Virus record (IMG/VR): IMGVR_UViG_3300034759_000204 | Reading direction: 5' to 3' (one strand) | Length of the DNA: 64,000 nt | Origin: an uncultured virus (IMG/VR IMGVR_UViG_3300034759_000204) | Taxonomy: Duplodnaviria > Heunggongvirae > Uroviricota > Caudoviricetes | In this document: positions 24,968 to 39,832 of the stretch, one piece after another | How the letters are laid out: each line of letters opens with the position of its first letter | How positions within the stretch are numbered: position 1 is the stretch's first letter | The notes under the pieces: model-generated | What the model was told of the DNA's origin: nothing | Databases searched by the model: none | The model's input: the letters and a program-made list of their open reading frames with translations, nothing else | Translations under genes and position numbers: made by a program

Positions 24968-27900
24968 ATGGAAAATAATTTTTTTGACTTTAGCAATATA
25001 AGTTAGAAATTAAACGAAATTAAATATAAAGCTGATGCAAGTCGTCATTAGATTAAAACTAAAAACGATTTAGCTTTGCAATATGAAACTGTACAGACGT
25101 ATGTTGAAATATTGCGTGACCTTATAAATGAAAAATTTAGATATACTACTGTTAAAGAAGTTTTTGATGAATTAGAAGAAGCAACAGATTATTTAGAAGA
25201 AGTTTTGTTTGGTTTGGATTATCAGTCTGTTAAAGTTTCTTATAATGACATAGCAGATTTAGTTGATAATATAATTGATCTTACTGATAAAAATACAAGG
25301 GACATAAATGTTATAGACGAGATCAAAAGAACATAGGAATATTTAAAGAAATCTACTGAAAAAATTAGAAATTTAAAAGATTTTGAACATGTTTTAAATG
25401 ATATACCTGTTATAGTTAGAACATCAAAAAGAAATAATAACACAATACAAGAAATTATCATAAATGATCCTAAGAACCCTTTACCAGAAAACAGTTTATC
25501 TATATATGAAAAAGGCAATTATATAATAAAGTATGATTCTAAGATTATATCTGACCCTTCAGATGTTTTTTTAGATTTCCATATAAAAACAACTAAAAAC
25601 GATGTTGATAAAATAACTAAATTTAATACTGATGACATTGTTAAATAGGTTGATGAATAGGGTAAAAACAAATTATTTATAAGATATAATTTAACAAATT
25701 GGAGATAGTATAACCCTTCTATCAATGATAGAGGTTTTATTAATGATCAATCAATAGTTACTAATAAACTAATAAATGAAGATTCTATTAGTTATTATAA
25801 TCCACCTAATAAATTTGCTTTTTTAAGAAAATCACTTACTAATAAAGATTTAAAAAGATTTGAAAAAATAAAAAGTAGCACAAATATAGAAGATAGATTA
25901 ATTAATTTAAATAGAATTGATATACCAGATAATGAATTAATTAAATAGATAACAGGGTTACCATAGGTACATACACCAGAATAGTTTAAAATGGGTATAT
26001 ATGAGTCTGATAGGATAAAAATAAACTTTGAACCTACAAATTTGATTACAAAAATGAGTTCTAGTAACAAGAAAAATCCTAAATATAAATTTTTAGGATT
26101 AACTGGTAATCTTAGAATTGATATAAATGATAAATATGTGTTTGAGAGATTAAAAAATAATAAATATATAACACAAAACTACCAGTTAGAAGATAATGAA
26201 AATTCAACTGGACGTTTAATAATAAATAATTTCAAATTATCAAACCAAGACGTAAATGTAACAGAACGTGTTATGGAATCAAACAGAAAAGGTATAGTTT
26301 CACCTATAACAGAAGGTGAAATAGGTAAACTTTCTAATGTATTTAATAGATTAGGTATTCAAGGTAATAAACCATTATGGGATAAAAACCAAAGTGGATT
26401 ATTTTTTGATATTGAAACTGTTGATAATAAAAATTTATCTATAGGTTTTGCACACTATTTAAATCCAAAAAGTGATTAGAATTTTAAAATAAGTATATTG
26501 AATGAAAACTTATCATAGGATATACTTTCTTCTGTTAGTAGAACTAGAAGTTTAGATGAATATAATAGTATTAGTGGTATAATTCAAGCAATGAAAAACA
26601 ACAAGTTAACTAGTATAGAATTTGATGGAATACATTATTATTTATAGGATTTAGAATCTTCTGAATCTATTGATAAAGTATTTAAACAAATAAAGAAAGA
26701 TATAAATGTAGATTTTTTTAAACCTAATATTTAGGATTTTATAAGTGGATATAATATTAAAAACTTTGATTTACCTATTTTACAACAGAAATTAGGAGAA
26801 AGCAAGGCAATTTCAAATTTATTGAAATTGCCAGTTGTTGATATATATGAAGATATTCCAGGTTTATTACAAAGAAAAGGTATTTATTTAGGTTCTTATA
26901 ATCAAGAAAATGTTTAGAAAGCTTTAGGTGTAAAAATAAATAAATTACATGTTGATATAGATGACGCTATAACTACTGCAGAAATAGCAAAAAAAATGAG
27001 TAATTCAATGCCATATAGATTTGGAGAATCAATTACAAAATTTATAGTAGATACAGGTTTAACTGAAGATATCATTAATACAGATATTTCACAAACAGGT
27101 GTTAAAACAAATTTTTATGGATCAAAATATTTTAAAGATAAGTATGGTAGAGATGAAATTCATTATTCTGATTTAGTTGAAGAGTTTTTAATTAAAGATT
27201 TTAACCCAAATATGTTTGGCAGAGATTATAATGTTGTAAGAAATAAAAACAATGATTTTTATACAGAATATAAAGGTAAAAATTTTATAAATGTACAAAA
27301 AGATTATGCTGGATATTTGAATTTATTTGAAAACTATATGCCTTCTAACAAATTATTTGCTGTTAATACTATTTTAAAAAAATAGAATGAATTAGGATAT
27401 ATCAAACAAAAAGAATTTTATAAAACTAAGATGAATTTAATAGAAAAATATAATCTTAATTAGAAGCATGAACCACTAACAATGTTATTAAATATACCAA
27501 TAGAAGAATTTAAAAGAAATGATTATATTCCAACTTATGAAATAAAAATAAATACTGGGAAGATATTCAAATCAATTAAGAATAATGTTATTGAAAGATT
27601 TATAAATGAAGATAGAGAAGATTTAATTGAAAAATTTTTTAATAAATCTGGTACTATTAATATATCAATAGATGAATTTAGAGAGTTTATTGAAGCATTA
27701 AATGTTGAAAAAGATTTATTAATAAAAAATATAAAAAACGAATTTGAAAAAAATATAGATTTAGAAAAGTATAATAAAAAAAGTTATTTAAAAGCATTAA
27801 ATAAAAAAATAAACTTATTAGAAAAAATAAATTTTGAAGAAACGATTGAAATTCAAACTGACAAAAATATTATAATGAACTAGAAAGAATTTATTGAAAA

Positions 27901-30900
27901 TATTTAGGAAGATAAAAACCTAATAATTGATGAAGAAACTTTATGGGAAAATTTAATTGAAAGCGGAAGATAGAAAGTAGAAATTGAACGTAAAGTACCA
28001 AAAAATATAGATATTGATTTAAGTGATTTTTTGCCAAAAACAGATGTTTCTAAACTGTAGTTTTTAGTACATTATAATGAATTTAAAACAAATAGTGTAT
28101 TAGAAAAATAGTATTCAGAAAATTTAGAATTATTTAAATCTAAATTTACTAGAAAAAATTTGTTAGAACTTATTAATTAGTTAAATGAAGATATTCAAGA
28201 CGAAATATGGTTAATAAGTCAAGAAAATAATAATAATTTATTTAAAGAATTAAAAGATTTAATTCTTGATTTAAATAAAACATTAGAAAATGAAAAAAAA
28301 TTATATCCAGAAACCATTAATATTTTTCAAAAATATCCAAATCTCATGAATGAATTAATAAATATAGGTATTGATACTGAAAATGAAAAAAAATCTTTTA
28401 TACTTGATGCTCTCGGATTATTTGAAGTTACAGAATCAGATGAATATTATATAAAAAATAAAATTAATGAATTAAAAAGCGTTATTAATAATATCAATGA
28501 ATTAGAAGATATTGCAAAAAAATCACGTAGTTATAATCAATTTGCTACTGTTGCTATTAAAAACTATAGATTCAACCAAGCACTAAATTTGATTGATTTT
28601 ATAAAAGATGAAAAAATAAAATCGAAATTTTAGCAATTTGCAACCGAACGTATTCAACAATTATACGATACAAATCAACAAAAATTTATATCTACTTTTA
28701 TGAGTAACGTACAACAATTTATAATTAACTACTAGACATATAACAGCCTTAATAATTTTAATAATGATTTTGATCCAGATAAATAGATTTCAAAATAGAT
28801 ATATGATTTGAAGTATTTAAATAACAATGAGTTGATACAATTAGACTAGAATTCTTTATCTAATCATCGTTTATTAAAATTATATATAGATGTACAAAAA
28901 GGTAATGACTTTAAACAGTTTTATAAATAGTAGTTAGAATAGATTGAAGAACAAAAAGGTGTAGTTGAGTTTGAATTTAATGAACAAAAGTTTAAAATAA
29001 ATTAGTCTAAGTAGCCTAAAGACCCTGTTGAAAGATTAAAATGGTTTGTAAAAAATTATGAAAGTCAAAGCAATTATAGATATGGAAGAAATACTTTAAA
29101 TAACTACATGTTAAGTAGAATATTTTATGGAAAAGAAATTTTTGATTAGAGGAACTTAGAATTAATAGATTTTATATCAAATATAAAATCTATTCCCCCT
29201 GATGTAATAGTTAGTAAAATAGGAGAATTTCACAAAAATGGATTATTAAAATACAACCCTTTAATTAGTACAGCTACTGGCAAAAAATATCCAACACATG
29301 CTTTTTAGAACAAAAATTATAATGCGTTAGTTTCAGATATTTTAGAATAGTTTAATTAGAAATATTATGATTTATAGAATGATGAACTTTTAATATTGAG
29401 GGATGCAAGTAGCCCAAATTCATTTTACTCTTTAAATGATCCTAATAAAAGAAGAGAAGGCGAAGAATTACTTGACGAAATTATTGACACAAACGCTGAA
29501 AATCCAGAACTTTTACTTCTTTCAATAAAAGACTATTATAATAATAATATTAGAAAAGGTTTTTTAAAGGAAATTAGAAGAAATGGTGAATTAATAGATA
29601 ATAAAGATATATCTAATTATAAACTTAACGAACTAATATTTTCTCGTTTTTATAAACAATCAAAAAACCCTGTTTATTTAAGACTGCAAACTTTAAATGA
29701 AATATTCCATAAACCAGATAATAAAGATTATACTAAATTTATGAACAAAACAAATTCAAGAGAGAATTTGACGTTTAAGTTTAAAGATATAATTGATGAC
29801 CTTACAAATTAGAAAGTTAAAAAAATAAAAGTTAATCCTATAACAGATTTTTTTGGTTCTAAAAAGTTTATAGATAAATTTTAGGAGTTTTCTATATAGA
29901 AACATCATTTTTCTAAATTAGACGGATATTTTGTTACAAATAATTTCCTAATAAAGTTTATAGATAAAAATACAGAAGAATTGTTTAGTGATTTAGATAT
30001 AGAATTTAAACAATATTTTACTATACTAAATAAATATAAGGATTTGTTATATGAATTTCTTGATAAAAATAAAATTTATACTAACGAAATTATATCAAAT
30101 GAAATAGCAAGAAAAGCATAGTATTACAGTCAACAAAATCCAAATGTAAGTAGGAAATTTAATAGATTAGCTTTTAGAGAACTAAAAGAATTAGACCCTT
30201 CTAAATATAAGGAATTAATTAGTAAAGCAGAAAAAGATTTTGATATTACAAAATATATTAAAAATATAATGCTTAATTATAAAATAGGAGATACAATTGA
30301 TATTAATGGAAAACTATATAAAATTGCAGATATTAATCCTATAACTGGAGTTAAAGTAAAAAGAGAAGGGAAAGTATATACATTAGTAAACGATAAATTA
30401 GTTTCGGCTGAAGGGAATTTTGAAGACGTAATCATTGATGAAGCAAGTAAAGGTGAATGGAAAAATATAGAACTAAAACCATATAGAGAAAATTTAGAAT
30501 TATTTAAACAAAAAACTAAAAATGAAGTTGATTTATATAAATTCAATATTGTTGCTAAAGAATAGATTAGATTTTATAAAAGAGATAAAGGATATATAGA
30601 TTTGTTTATTGAACATAAAGAAGATATTTAGAAATAGATAGGTTTAGATTTACAAAAAGATACTGATAAATTATTTATGGATAATTTAATTGAATTCCTT
30701 CAAAAACATAAAGAATTAAGTAAAAATTATACATTGTCTAATCAACAAATTGATAATTTTTTAAGAGATGATTTTGGGAAAGTTAAAATACCACCAGAAT
30801 TAACCGAATTTCTAAAATCAAATAATTTATAGAAAGTAAGAGGTTATGTCAAAAAAGATGCAACTTTGAATATAACTGATGGATATGTAAAAATATCAGA

Positions 30901-31966
30901 AGAAGGACTTGAAAAAAGTGATTTAGCTGTAATAAAAAAATTTAAAGATCAATTAGCTGTATTTAAAAACACAGATGATATTTTTAAAGGTGGCAAGACT
31001 ACTGAAGATTATTTAGCAAAATTAAATGAAATTAAAAGTTTGAAAGTAAATGATGCTTTAGAAACAAAAATAATTATAGGTAATTTAGATAATTATGTTG
31101 AAAATTTAAGAAAAGTTTTTGAGATTAATGATAAAAGATTAAATGAACTTTTTAAATTATATGATTTATAGTCAACAAATAAACAAAAACTTTATTTAGT
31201 TAATTAGATAGAACATAATATAGCATTAAACAAGAACAGTTTAATATGGAACCTTATAGGACAGGAAAATTTTAATAAAATCAGAGATTTTATAGATGAT
31301 AGTTCTGGTAATAGTTACAATACTATAAGATATTATTATCAACTTTTAAAACAAAAAAATTCATCTGAATTAAATGATGAATTATTAAGCTTTATTTAGC
31401 AAATTATGGCTGGCTCAAATTAGCAAAGAAATTTAACAACTATTCTTAGTTCATATAGGAAAGATGTGCCAATTGAACAAATATATAAAGTACCAATTAT
31501 ACAAAATGTATTTGGAAAACAGACTAATAAAAAAGTTAGTGATAAAGAATTAGAAGATACAATTAATAATTTAATAAAGTTTAATCTTGAAAAACAAGAA
31601 GAAGTAGTTGATAAAACACAAACAGAAGAAATTTTGAAAAAAACTAATTATAAAAAAATTAATTTCAAAAAAATTAATTACAAAAAAATCGCAGGTTGGG
31701 GATAGGGAATAGGTACAGTAGGTTTAATTGCTCTTGGTACTATACAAAAACGTAAATAGGAGAAAAAGTAGTAGTCAGTATATCCACAATAGGTATAGAC
31801 TAATGAAGATTATTATTTATACCAAGAATTGCCAAATACAGAATATGGGTTTGATATTAGACAATTAGAAAAAATGCCAGATCAAGCTGTTGAAGAATTG
31901 ATTTATCAATTATCAGATTTGAAAAAAGACCAATTAGTCAATTTGTATAAAACCTATCAATATTAA
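24968..31966 (+). CDS. Giant protein (~2332 aa) with internal DEDD/DnaQ-like 3'-5' exonuclease domain and C-terminal hydrophobic segment
   Basis: All nine + strand track ORFs between 25076 and 31705 share one frame. Motifs FFDIET (26402), SGYNIKNFDLPIL, VVDIY and KLHVDIDDA. C-terminal IAGWG*GIGTVGLIALG. Ends TAA. Confidence 0.65.
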
Positions 31967-31980
31967 GGAGATGAGGTTAA

Positions 31981-32097
31981 TTGAAGATTGATAAAAAAAG
32001 TCAAATGTTAAGTATACCAAGAATTTAGTTTCCAAAAATAGATAGCACTAAAGTACTTAAAAAAATACCAATGAAGCCTATAAAGATTAAACGCTAA
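31981..32097 (+). CDS. Small basic peptide (38 aa)
   Basis: AAGGAGATGAGG RBS, TTG start and one TAG. Lys/Pro-rich. Fills the gap before a terminator. Confidence 0.45.
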
Positions 32098-32098
32098 C

Positions 32099-32130
32099 AA
32101 GACACCGCTTAATATAAGCGGTGTCTTTTT
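32099..32130 (+). terminator. Rho-independent terminator
   Basis: AAGACACCGCTTA-ATA-TAAGCGGTGTCTT plus T-run. Confidence 0.8.
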
Positions 32131-32163
32131 GTTAATTTCTTCAGAATGAAGGAGTTGATATTT

Positions 32164-35100
32164 GTGTCAGAAAAAAGTTTTGAAACTAAAAATATAATTA
32201 TTGGATAGGTAGATTTACAAAGTTCTATTAATAAGCTAAATATAATTGAAGTACCTTTAAATAAAAGAGTACCTATATCTCAATAGCCTTCTAGTTCTTC
32301 GTAGTTTTATAACACTAAAGAAGTACAAATTAGTATGTCTGTGTTGTTTAATAAAGATGATATATTTTGGAAATACATTAAAAAGTCTATAAATCCTTAG
32401 AAAGATGTTATTGAAGAAGTAAAAGTTTTTACAGGATTAGAAGCTTTATTATAGCAATTTGAAGTTACTCCTTTTATAACTATATATAATGAAGAGTTAT
32501 AGAAATTAATTAATCCAAAACCTAATCCTAATTCAAAATAGCTTCCTTATTAGACTAATGTAGTTTTAAATTCATTATCATATCAAACAATAGAAGATAT
32601 GCCAGGAGCTATTGTTGTTAATATGAGTTTTTTATAGCTAGATTTAGGTAGTATGTTTAACTCTTTAAGCCCTAATTTTGTTGCATATAAATTAGATAAA
32701 GATAGTAATAATTTTACTCAATAGGTATATAAATCTGATTATTTTTAGAGATTAATTATTGATAAAATAAATGAAAAACACACTAGTGGTAATTATAACT
32801 AGGAATTGACATTATCAAATTTTGTATTTGAATTTGATATTCCTGGTGGATTAGATAAATAGATAGATCAATTGAATAAAGTAAAAGAACTTATGGATGA
32901 AGTGTTATTACAAAGCATTGATAGTGAAGAAAACAAAAAGTTTTTAGCTCAAAAAGAAACTACTAATAAACAAATAGAAAGTTTAATATCAGAAATTAAC
33001 TCTTATAAAGAAAAATATTTAAATAGTGAAGGTAAAAGTATATCAATTAAACCATCAATGTTTAAAGTTGGTTATGAAAACCATATTTAGCCTATAAATG
33101 TTACTAGCATTAGTAAAATGAAAAAATATTCTTATCTTGGCAGAACTGGTTTAAATATTGAAATTCAGTTTATGGCTGAAAATATTGAACAAGTATCTGA
33201 ATTAAACTATTTTATAGATACACTTGTTGAATATTCGGAAGTATTAAAAAGATTTGGTTTAAATTAGCCTTTAATATTTCAAAACCCATTTTTAAACCAA
33301 TTAATAGGTGATAAAGATTTTTATTTAGATATAGTACAAGAATCCAATATAGATGAAAGTCCAGGATAGTTCATTGTAGATATGTATTTAGTACAACATA
33401 ATAACGATAGTTTATAGGGATATGTTATAGACGAAAATAAAATTTTTACTGACACTATTTTAAAATCTTTATGGACAGATATCAATAATATTGATTTAAA
33501 GAAAATAGCCGAATTAGAATATTTTAAAGATGATATAAATACTATAGATTTTGCAAATTCTTAGACTGTTAAACATTATTATATCCAACTCAATAAATCT
33601 AGTAATTTAAATGTTATTAAAAACAAAATTTTAAGGTCAAATAATTTATATATTGATTTGTTTATAGAAGATAGTTTAATTACAGAAAATAAAATTGATG
33701 AATTAATCCCTTTTTTATCACAAGAAGTAATAAATAGACTTTAGTCTATAAATATATATTTAAGTCCTAAAGTTAGATTTTCTAACATATATAAAGAATT
33801 TAATAAAATAATTAAAGATCCTAATAAAGCAGAATATAATTATAAACAAGTTAGTCTTTCTGATTAGGAATCAAGTGCAATGACTAAATTACTTAATCAT
33901 CTAGAAACTGTTAATATAGACCTAATTAATATAGATATGGATTCTATTTAGAAAAGTATTGATTATTTATCTTCTAAAGTTGTTAATGGTAATATACAAA
34001 ACGCAATTTTTATAAATCCAGTACATTATCAAATAATAGATAAATTACATCCAATGTTTAAAACACATACAATAAATAAAAATAATGCTTTGTTTAATAT
34101 AACTGAATTTTTTAGAACTTTCTAGTATATTAGAAAATCAAGAAATTATAATACATCTTTAGATTAGTTATATGCTTATATGCTAAATTAGTTATTTTTT
34201 ACAAGTAAAAACGAAAATACAGTAACTGAAATGAATGAATATATTTATACTATTGGTTTAAATGATATTATAAGTACCGAATTAATACCTAACACTAATG
34301 ATGGATTTGGAAATAATTTTGATTTAAGAGATTATATTTTATATAGACAAACTTATAATGGAAAAATAGTTAAAAATCTTAAGAAATTTGTAGCTGAAGG
34401 TACTGCTGATAAAATATTAAGTATAAATTAGAGTACAATTATTTTAGAACCTGTTGATTTTACTAATATATAGACACCAGAAAATATTCCAACTGATGAA
34501 CATAGATTTTCTATTTTTGACTACAAAGATATAGTAGAAATAAATAGTTCTATACCTAATAATTATTATAGTTTTGACGATTTAAAACAAAAAATAGATG
34601 ATGTTTAGAAAAAATACTTTAAAAACAACACAATAAACGAAAGTATATCAGACTTATATTCACTCAATATTGTGTTGTATAAAAGTTTATTATTATCACA
34701 AAAATTTATAAAAAATATTTTAGATGATTTTATAGAAATACAAAACAATAATAATAATTCTTTTGAATATAACCCAATTTATTATGTTCCTATTAATTAT
34801 GTTGAATTAGAAGTAAAATGTGAAGAGTTTATTCAGAATATGGTTCAAATAATAAATTATAATTTAAATTTATAGCAGATTAAATATAATATTAATGCAG
34901 ATTTTTAGTATTTAATTTTATTACATTAGATGTAGGATATATTAGTTAACACAGTTTTAGACGAAGATAGAAAAATATACCTTTAGTTATTAGCTCATAC
35001 ATTATATAAAGAAAATGAGGATTATGTTGCAACATATTTAAAAGGCGTTTTAGGTACTTCAACACTCGAAAGAAGTAATATATTTGATTCTGAAAATTAT

Positions 35101-38100
35101 CCAATAATTGGTAAAAAGCCAAATAACCTTGTTGAAGGTGCGACAATATTAGAAGCTATAAACAAATGTTCCGAATTTTATGATAGAGATATGCAAAATC
35201 AAATAGACTATAAATTTATGTTTGATTAGTATTATTAGAACAACTCTGAATATTTTGATAACAAAATTCCTGCTGCAATTAATAATGTTAAACATTTATC
35301 AGATTTAAATAATATTACTATAATGGTAACTCAAACTTTAAACACTTTGAATTCTAAAAATAAAGGTAGTATATTAACTGATTATGCTTTAGAATTAATA
35401 AAAAAACGTGAAGATGATGAGAGAAATTTTAATTATGACCCAACAGAAATATTTTAGTCTGTTGTACCAGTTGATTACAAAGCTATTGAATAGACTTATA
35501 AAAATATACTTGATAATGAAGATTTTATAGATGCATTAAAAGAATTAGATAAAGCATTAATACAAGGTAAAGATGCGGAATCTATTAATACGCTCTATGA
35601 AAATATTGCTATGTTATTAAAAGGGGAAATAAAGACTAAATTTAATACGACATTACAAGAAAACTAGGACCAATTTAGAAAAGATGATGTATACGATATA
35701 CTAGAAATCTTCATAAATCAAATAGATACTATAGGTTCAGACATTGAAAAAATTCACGAAGATATTATAACTGGAGGTTCTACTGAAGCAAATTTTGATT
35801 TAGAAAACGACTCTCTTATTAACGAAGATATGATTATAACTAATGAAGATGATATTAATTAGATAGAATTAAAATATAACAATGAAATGTAGATGTTAGA
35901 AAGTAAAATATATTAGTCAGACTCGTCTACTGACTTTGAAAAATATTCAAATATAATAAGAGGTTTAATTAACGAAATTTATGGCTATATATATGGATTA
36001 AATAAATATCAGATAAACATTAGCTCATTATAGCCTAAATAGGCAATTGCGTTTTTACAACGAGATTTAAGATATGTTGGTGATATAAATAAATATTTTG
36101 AAAATGTAACAAGATTATTCTATAAAGATGTGTTGAGTTTTCAAGTAAATAAAAGCAAAACTAATCCAGCACATACAGCAACTATTATGTTATAGAACAC
36201 AAATCAAAATATCCTGTTATAGGACGAATATACTGACACTAATATTTTAATACAAAGTTTAGGTAGTGATTATATAAGTAGAATAACAACAGATATTATT
36301 ATTTCTCCTGGAACAGAAATTTAGTTATATTAGGGTACTGGTAAAAGTATATATGACTTAGATTTAATATTTCAAGGTAAAATATAGCAATTAGAAATAA
36401 ATGAAGTAGTATCTATAACTTAGGATAGTTATGGTGCAGATTTATTAAATCCAGTAGACCAAACTGAATAGAATACTACTGCTAAACTTTATATCAATCC
36501 AACAGATTTAGCATTAGCTTCTTTATTTGACTCTAAAAGCTATAACTTAGGTTCATATAAAGGTTTACAAACTGATTTATTAGTAGATAGCTCTTTACTT
36601 AATAATATATATAATGTTATGAATTATTAGTTAAAAAAAGAATATAGGGATTTAGGTGTAAATATATATTATCCAACAGAATTCTATCATTACCATAATC
36701 CTAATAATAAATATCAAATAAAAATAAATGAATGGATAGATAAAAATTAGATATTTAGAAATATATTTTTTAATTTTTCGGGTGAAATAGTTAATAACCC
36801 TTATAGATATATAGATGGATACACTTATTGGGATATAATTAATGATGCACAACTCAGAATACCTGATTTTGTATAGTATGTTGATGATTTTGGTGTTGGA
36901 CAACAAAGATTATTTTTTGGCAAACGTAATTGGAATTATCATACTAACAATTACGTAGTTCTACCTGAAGAAGAAAATGCTATTAGCACAAAAGAGTTAA
37001 AAGAAAAAGAATTTAAATTACTTTTAGATAGTATTGGTATTAATAATTTTGAAAATCTGAAATATGTTATGGATTTAGATAAACTAACTACTGAAGAAAT
37101 TGAGTAGTCTAAAAGTGGTTTAAAAAATGCATTAGGAAAAGCAGATGTAAATAATGAAATTATAAGACTTGTAGATAAACTTAAATACTTTTATGATGAT
37201 TAGTTGTAGTTTATAAAATATGTTAATGATAAATTAGGAAATCAAAAGGAATAGGATTTAACTGATTTCAACCAAAAATTTTAGTATTTTACAACAAATT
37301 ATCCTAATAACTTTGATTCTTTATATGTAAAACTTAGATTGTTTTAGAAAATAGAAACTCAATTATCAAATTTATTAGATTATGAAACAGCTTTTTCAGA
37401 ACCATTTCTTGAAAATTATCCAGCAATTACAAATGCCATATAGAATTGGAATAATGAATACAATATCTCTAATTCAACTAATTTTGTGTATTATAATGGC
37501 AAAGAATATTAGGTTATAAATACTTTTAAACCAAACAATATAGAGTTTACTCTTTATATAAATAGAGATACAAACCTTTATAAATCATTAAGTACATTAG
37601 ACTCACATTTATTAGAGTTAATGTTTACTTATACCACAGATGCTTCCAAATCATATAAACTTATAACTCAATTTTCAGGAGAAAAAACAAATGAAGATTA
37701 TTAGCAATAGTTTTAGTATTAGCTAAGTTATATACATAGATATATAGGCTCTTTATCAATTAATTATTATAGTGCTAGTTTATCAGAATAGTTAGAAAAA
37801 ATAATTAATACAGAAAAACCTTTATCAGATGAATATACCGAGTTTATAAAAGAAAACTTTTACGGCACATATCGTTATGATATTATAAAAAATTGTGTTC
37901 CGTTAAAAGATAAAATAATAAATGATTTAAAACAATTTATACCAATAGTACAAAATCAACTTTATACTAATACTATGTTAGTAGATTCTTTAAATATTAA
38001 TGCTAATATAGTAAATATTATTAGTTAGTAGAATTATAAAAAAGAATTAGATAAAAGAATAGAATCAATAAATAATATGAGTTTTAAATCTATATATACT

Positions 38101-39162
38101 AGTGAAAATTTAAAATATCTAACAAATTATATTGATAATTTAAATGCTTATTTATTGCAATCAAGAAATCAAGATTTCTTTTTAAGATTAGATATAGCAA
38201 ATATACTAGCAGGATATGAACCATTCCAAAAAACTTATTATTTAAGTGATAGATTAAATATTATAGAAAACAGACTACAAACCAATTATAATAATGTATA
38301 GACACAATTTAATGTATATGGAAGAGATGGATTTGTAAACAACAAAGGATGGTTTAATGCATTCCTAACAATGTTTTCAAAACAACAAGACCATACTGAA
38401 ATAGATGGCGTTAATTATGTTATTACTAAATAGCTACTAGATAACAATATACCAGATTATTTAAATGTACAACAACATTATATAGACCAAAATGCATTTA
38501 CTAGTCCTGTAAGGAAAATAATATAGTAGAATAAATTGTCTGAAAGTTTAAGAGATTTTTATGAAGGTAGTATAACTATAATAGGTAATCCTAAAATTAA
38601 ACCTTATGATAATATAGATATATTGGATATTGGATATGCATTAGAAGGTACAGCAGAAGTAAAAAGTGTAAATCATTTATTTGATATAGAAAATGGATTT
38701 ATAACTGTTATAACACCACAAATGCGAGTAGATACTTCCTTACCAGAAAATATAGCTAAAACATGGAATTCATATCAATACCTTAAATCGATAGTAATAG
38801 GTGGATTATTTGTATCTACACTTATTGGATTTGGATAGCCTATTTGGTTAGGTGGATTAATGTTTTTTGCTTCTGGACAAATAGCTAATAGTATTGGTAA
38901 AGATATTGTATTAAACCATGTAGATCCAAGTTAGACAGGTAACATGTAGCAACACACATTAGAAACTATATATAACTCAGCAATAGTAAATCCACTATCT
39001 TTAAAAGGTAGATTGTTAACTCCTAAATTTGAACATTATAAATTTGAACCTCTAGATAGATATAGTATTGTAAACCAGAATTTTACTAAACAATGGCAAT
39101 GGTTTGGCAGAGGTTTAAAAGATGTTTTTACTAGAGGAGAATATATAACTTTTGAGGACTAA
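32164..39162 (+). CDS. Giant baseplate hub-like protein (~2332 aa)
   Basis: AAGGAG RBS and GTG start. One frame to TAA 39160-39162. Motifs GLEALL*QFEVTPFITIYN, VNKSKTNPAHTATIML and a hub-like C-terminal FYEGSITIIGNPKIKPYD..EVKSVNHLFDIENGFITVITP. Confidence 0.6.
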
Positions 39163-39206
39163 TATTTGAAAACTAAAATTTGTTAATTCAGTTAGGAGGC
39201 AAAAAA

Positions 39207-39473
39207 ATGTTCATAGAAAAAGTAGATGAAATAACAGAATTAAGTATAGAAAATAATTATTTAAAAGCTTTTGTATATGGCAAAGAAAGAGTATATCCGC
39301 TGGTTTTTGGAAGTTATATAGACCAATACTCTGATTAGGATTAGAATATAGAAGATTTTGAATAGATGGTAGTTGGTGAATCTATGGATAATGCTGTTGC
39401 TTTGTTAATACTTAAAGTATATCCAAGACTTCAAAATAGAAGAAAAATCAAAGATTTACCTTTAAAATTATAA
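39207..39473 (+). CDS. Hypothetical baseplate-region protein (88 aa)
   Basis: AGGAGG RBS, three TAGs read through, ends TAA. Confidence 0.6.
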
Positions 39474-39490
39474 AAATGTGAGTGATTAAT

Positions 39491-39820
39491 ATGGATAAAT
39501 AGTCTTATCGAAATTAGGTTAAAACAAGATTAGATAAATCTCCAAATAAAAGAATTTATCCTGATAGAGAAACTAAAGATACATATATATCTGTTAGTCA
39601 AGGAAGAATAGATTTAGTAGTTAAAGGTAGTAATTTTACATTAACTGATAACACAGCATTTTTCAATACATCAAAAGTTTATTTTACACCTCAATTTAAT
39701 AATGTTGTATTTGGTATGATGAATACTATTAATCCTGCTAATATTATACCTTTGCCCTCATCAATGGTTACTCCTATACCAACAAGTATGTTTGTTAATC
39801 CTATTAAATTTATAAATTAA
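39491..39820 (+). CDS. Hypothetical baseplate-region protein (109 aa)
   Basis: Open frame with two early TAGs, ends TAA. Beta-strand-like middle and Pro-rich C-terminus. Confidence 0.55.
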
Positions 39821-39832
39821 AGAGGGATTAAA

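Noticed and set aside
24968..39162. Two nearby giant genes both measuring 6999 nt
   Set aside because: I see no sequence similarity between them and the start positions are inferred, so I treat it as coincidence.
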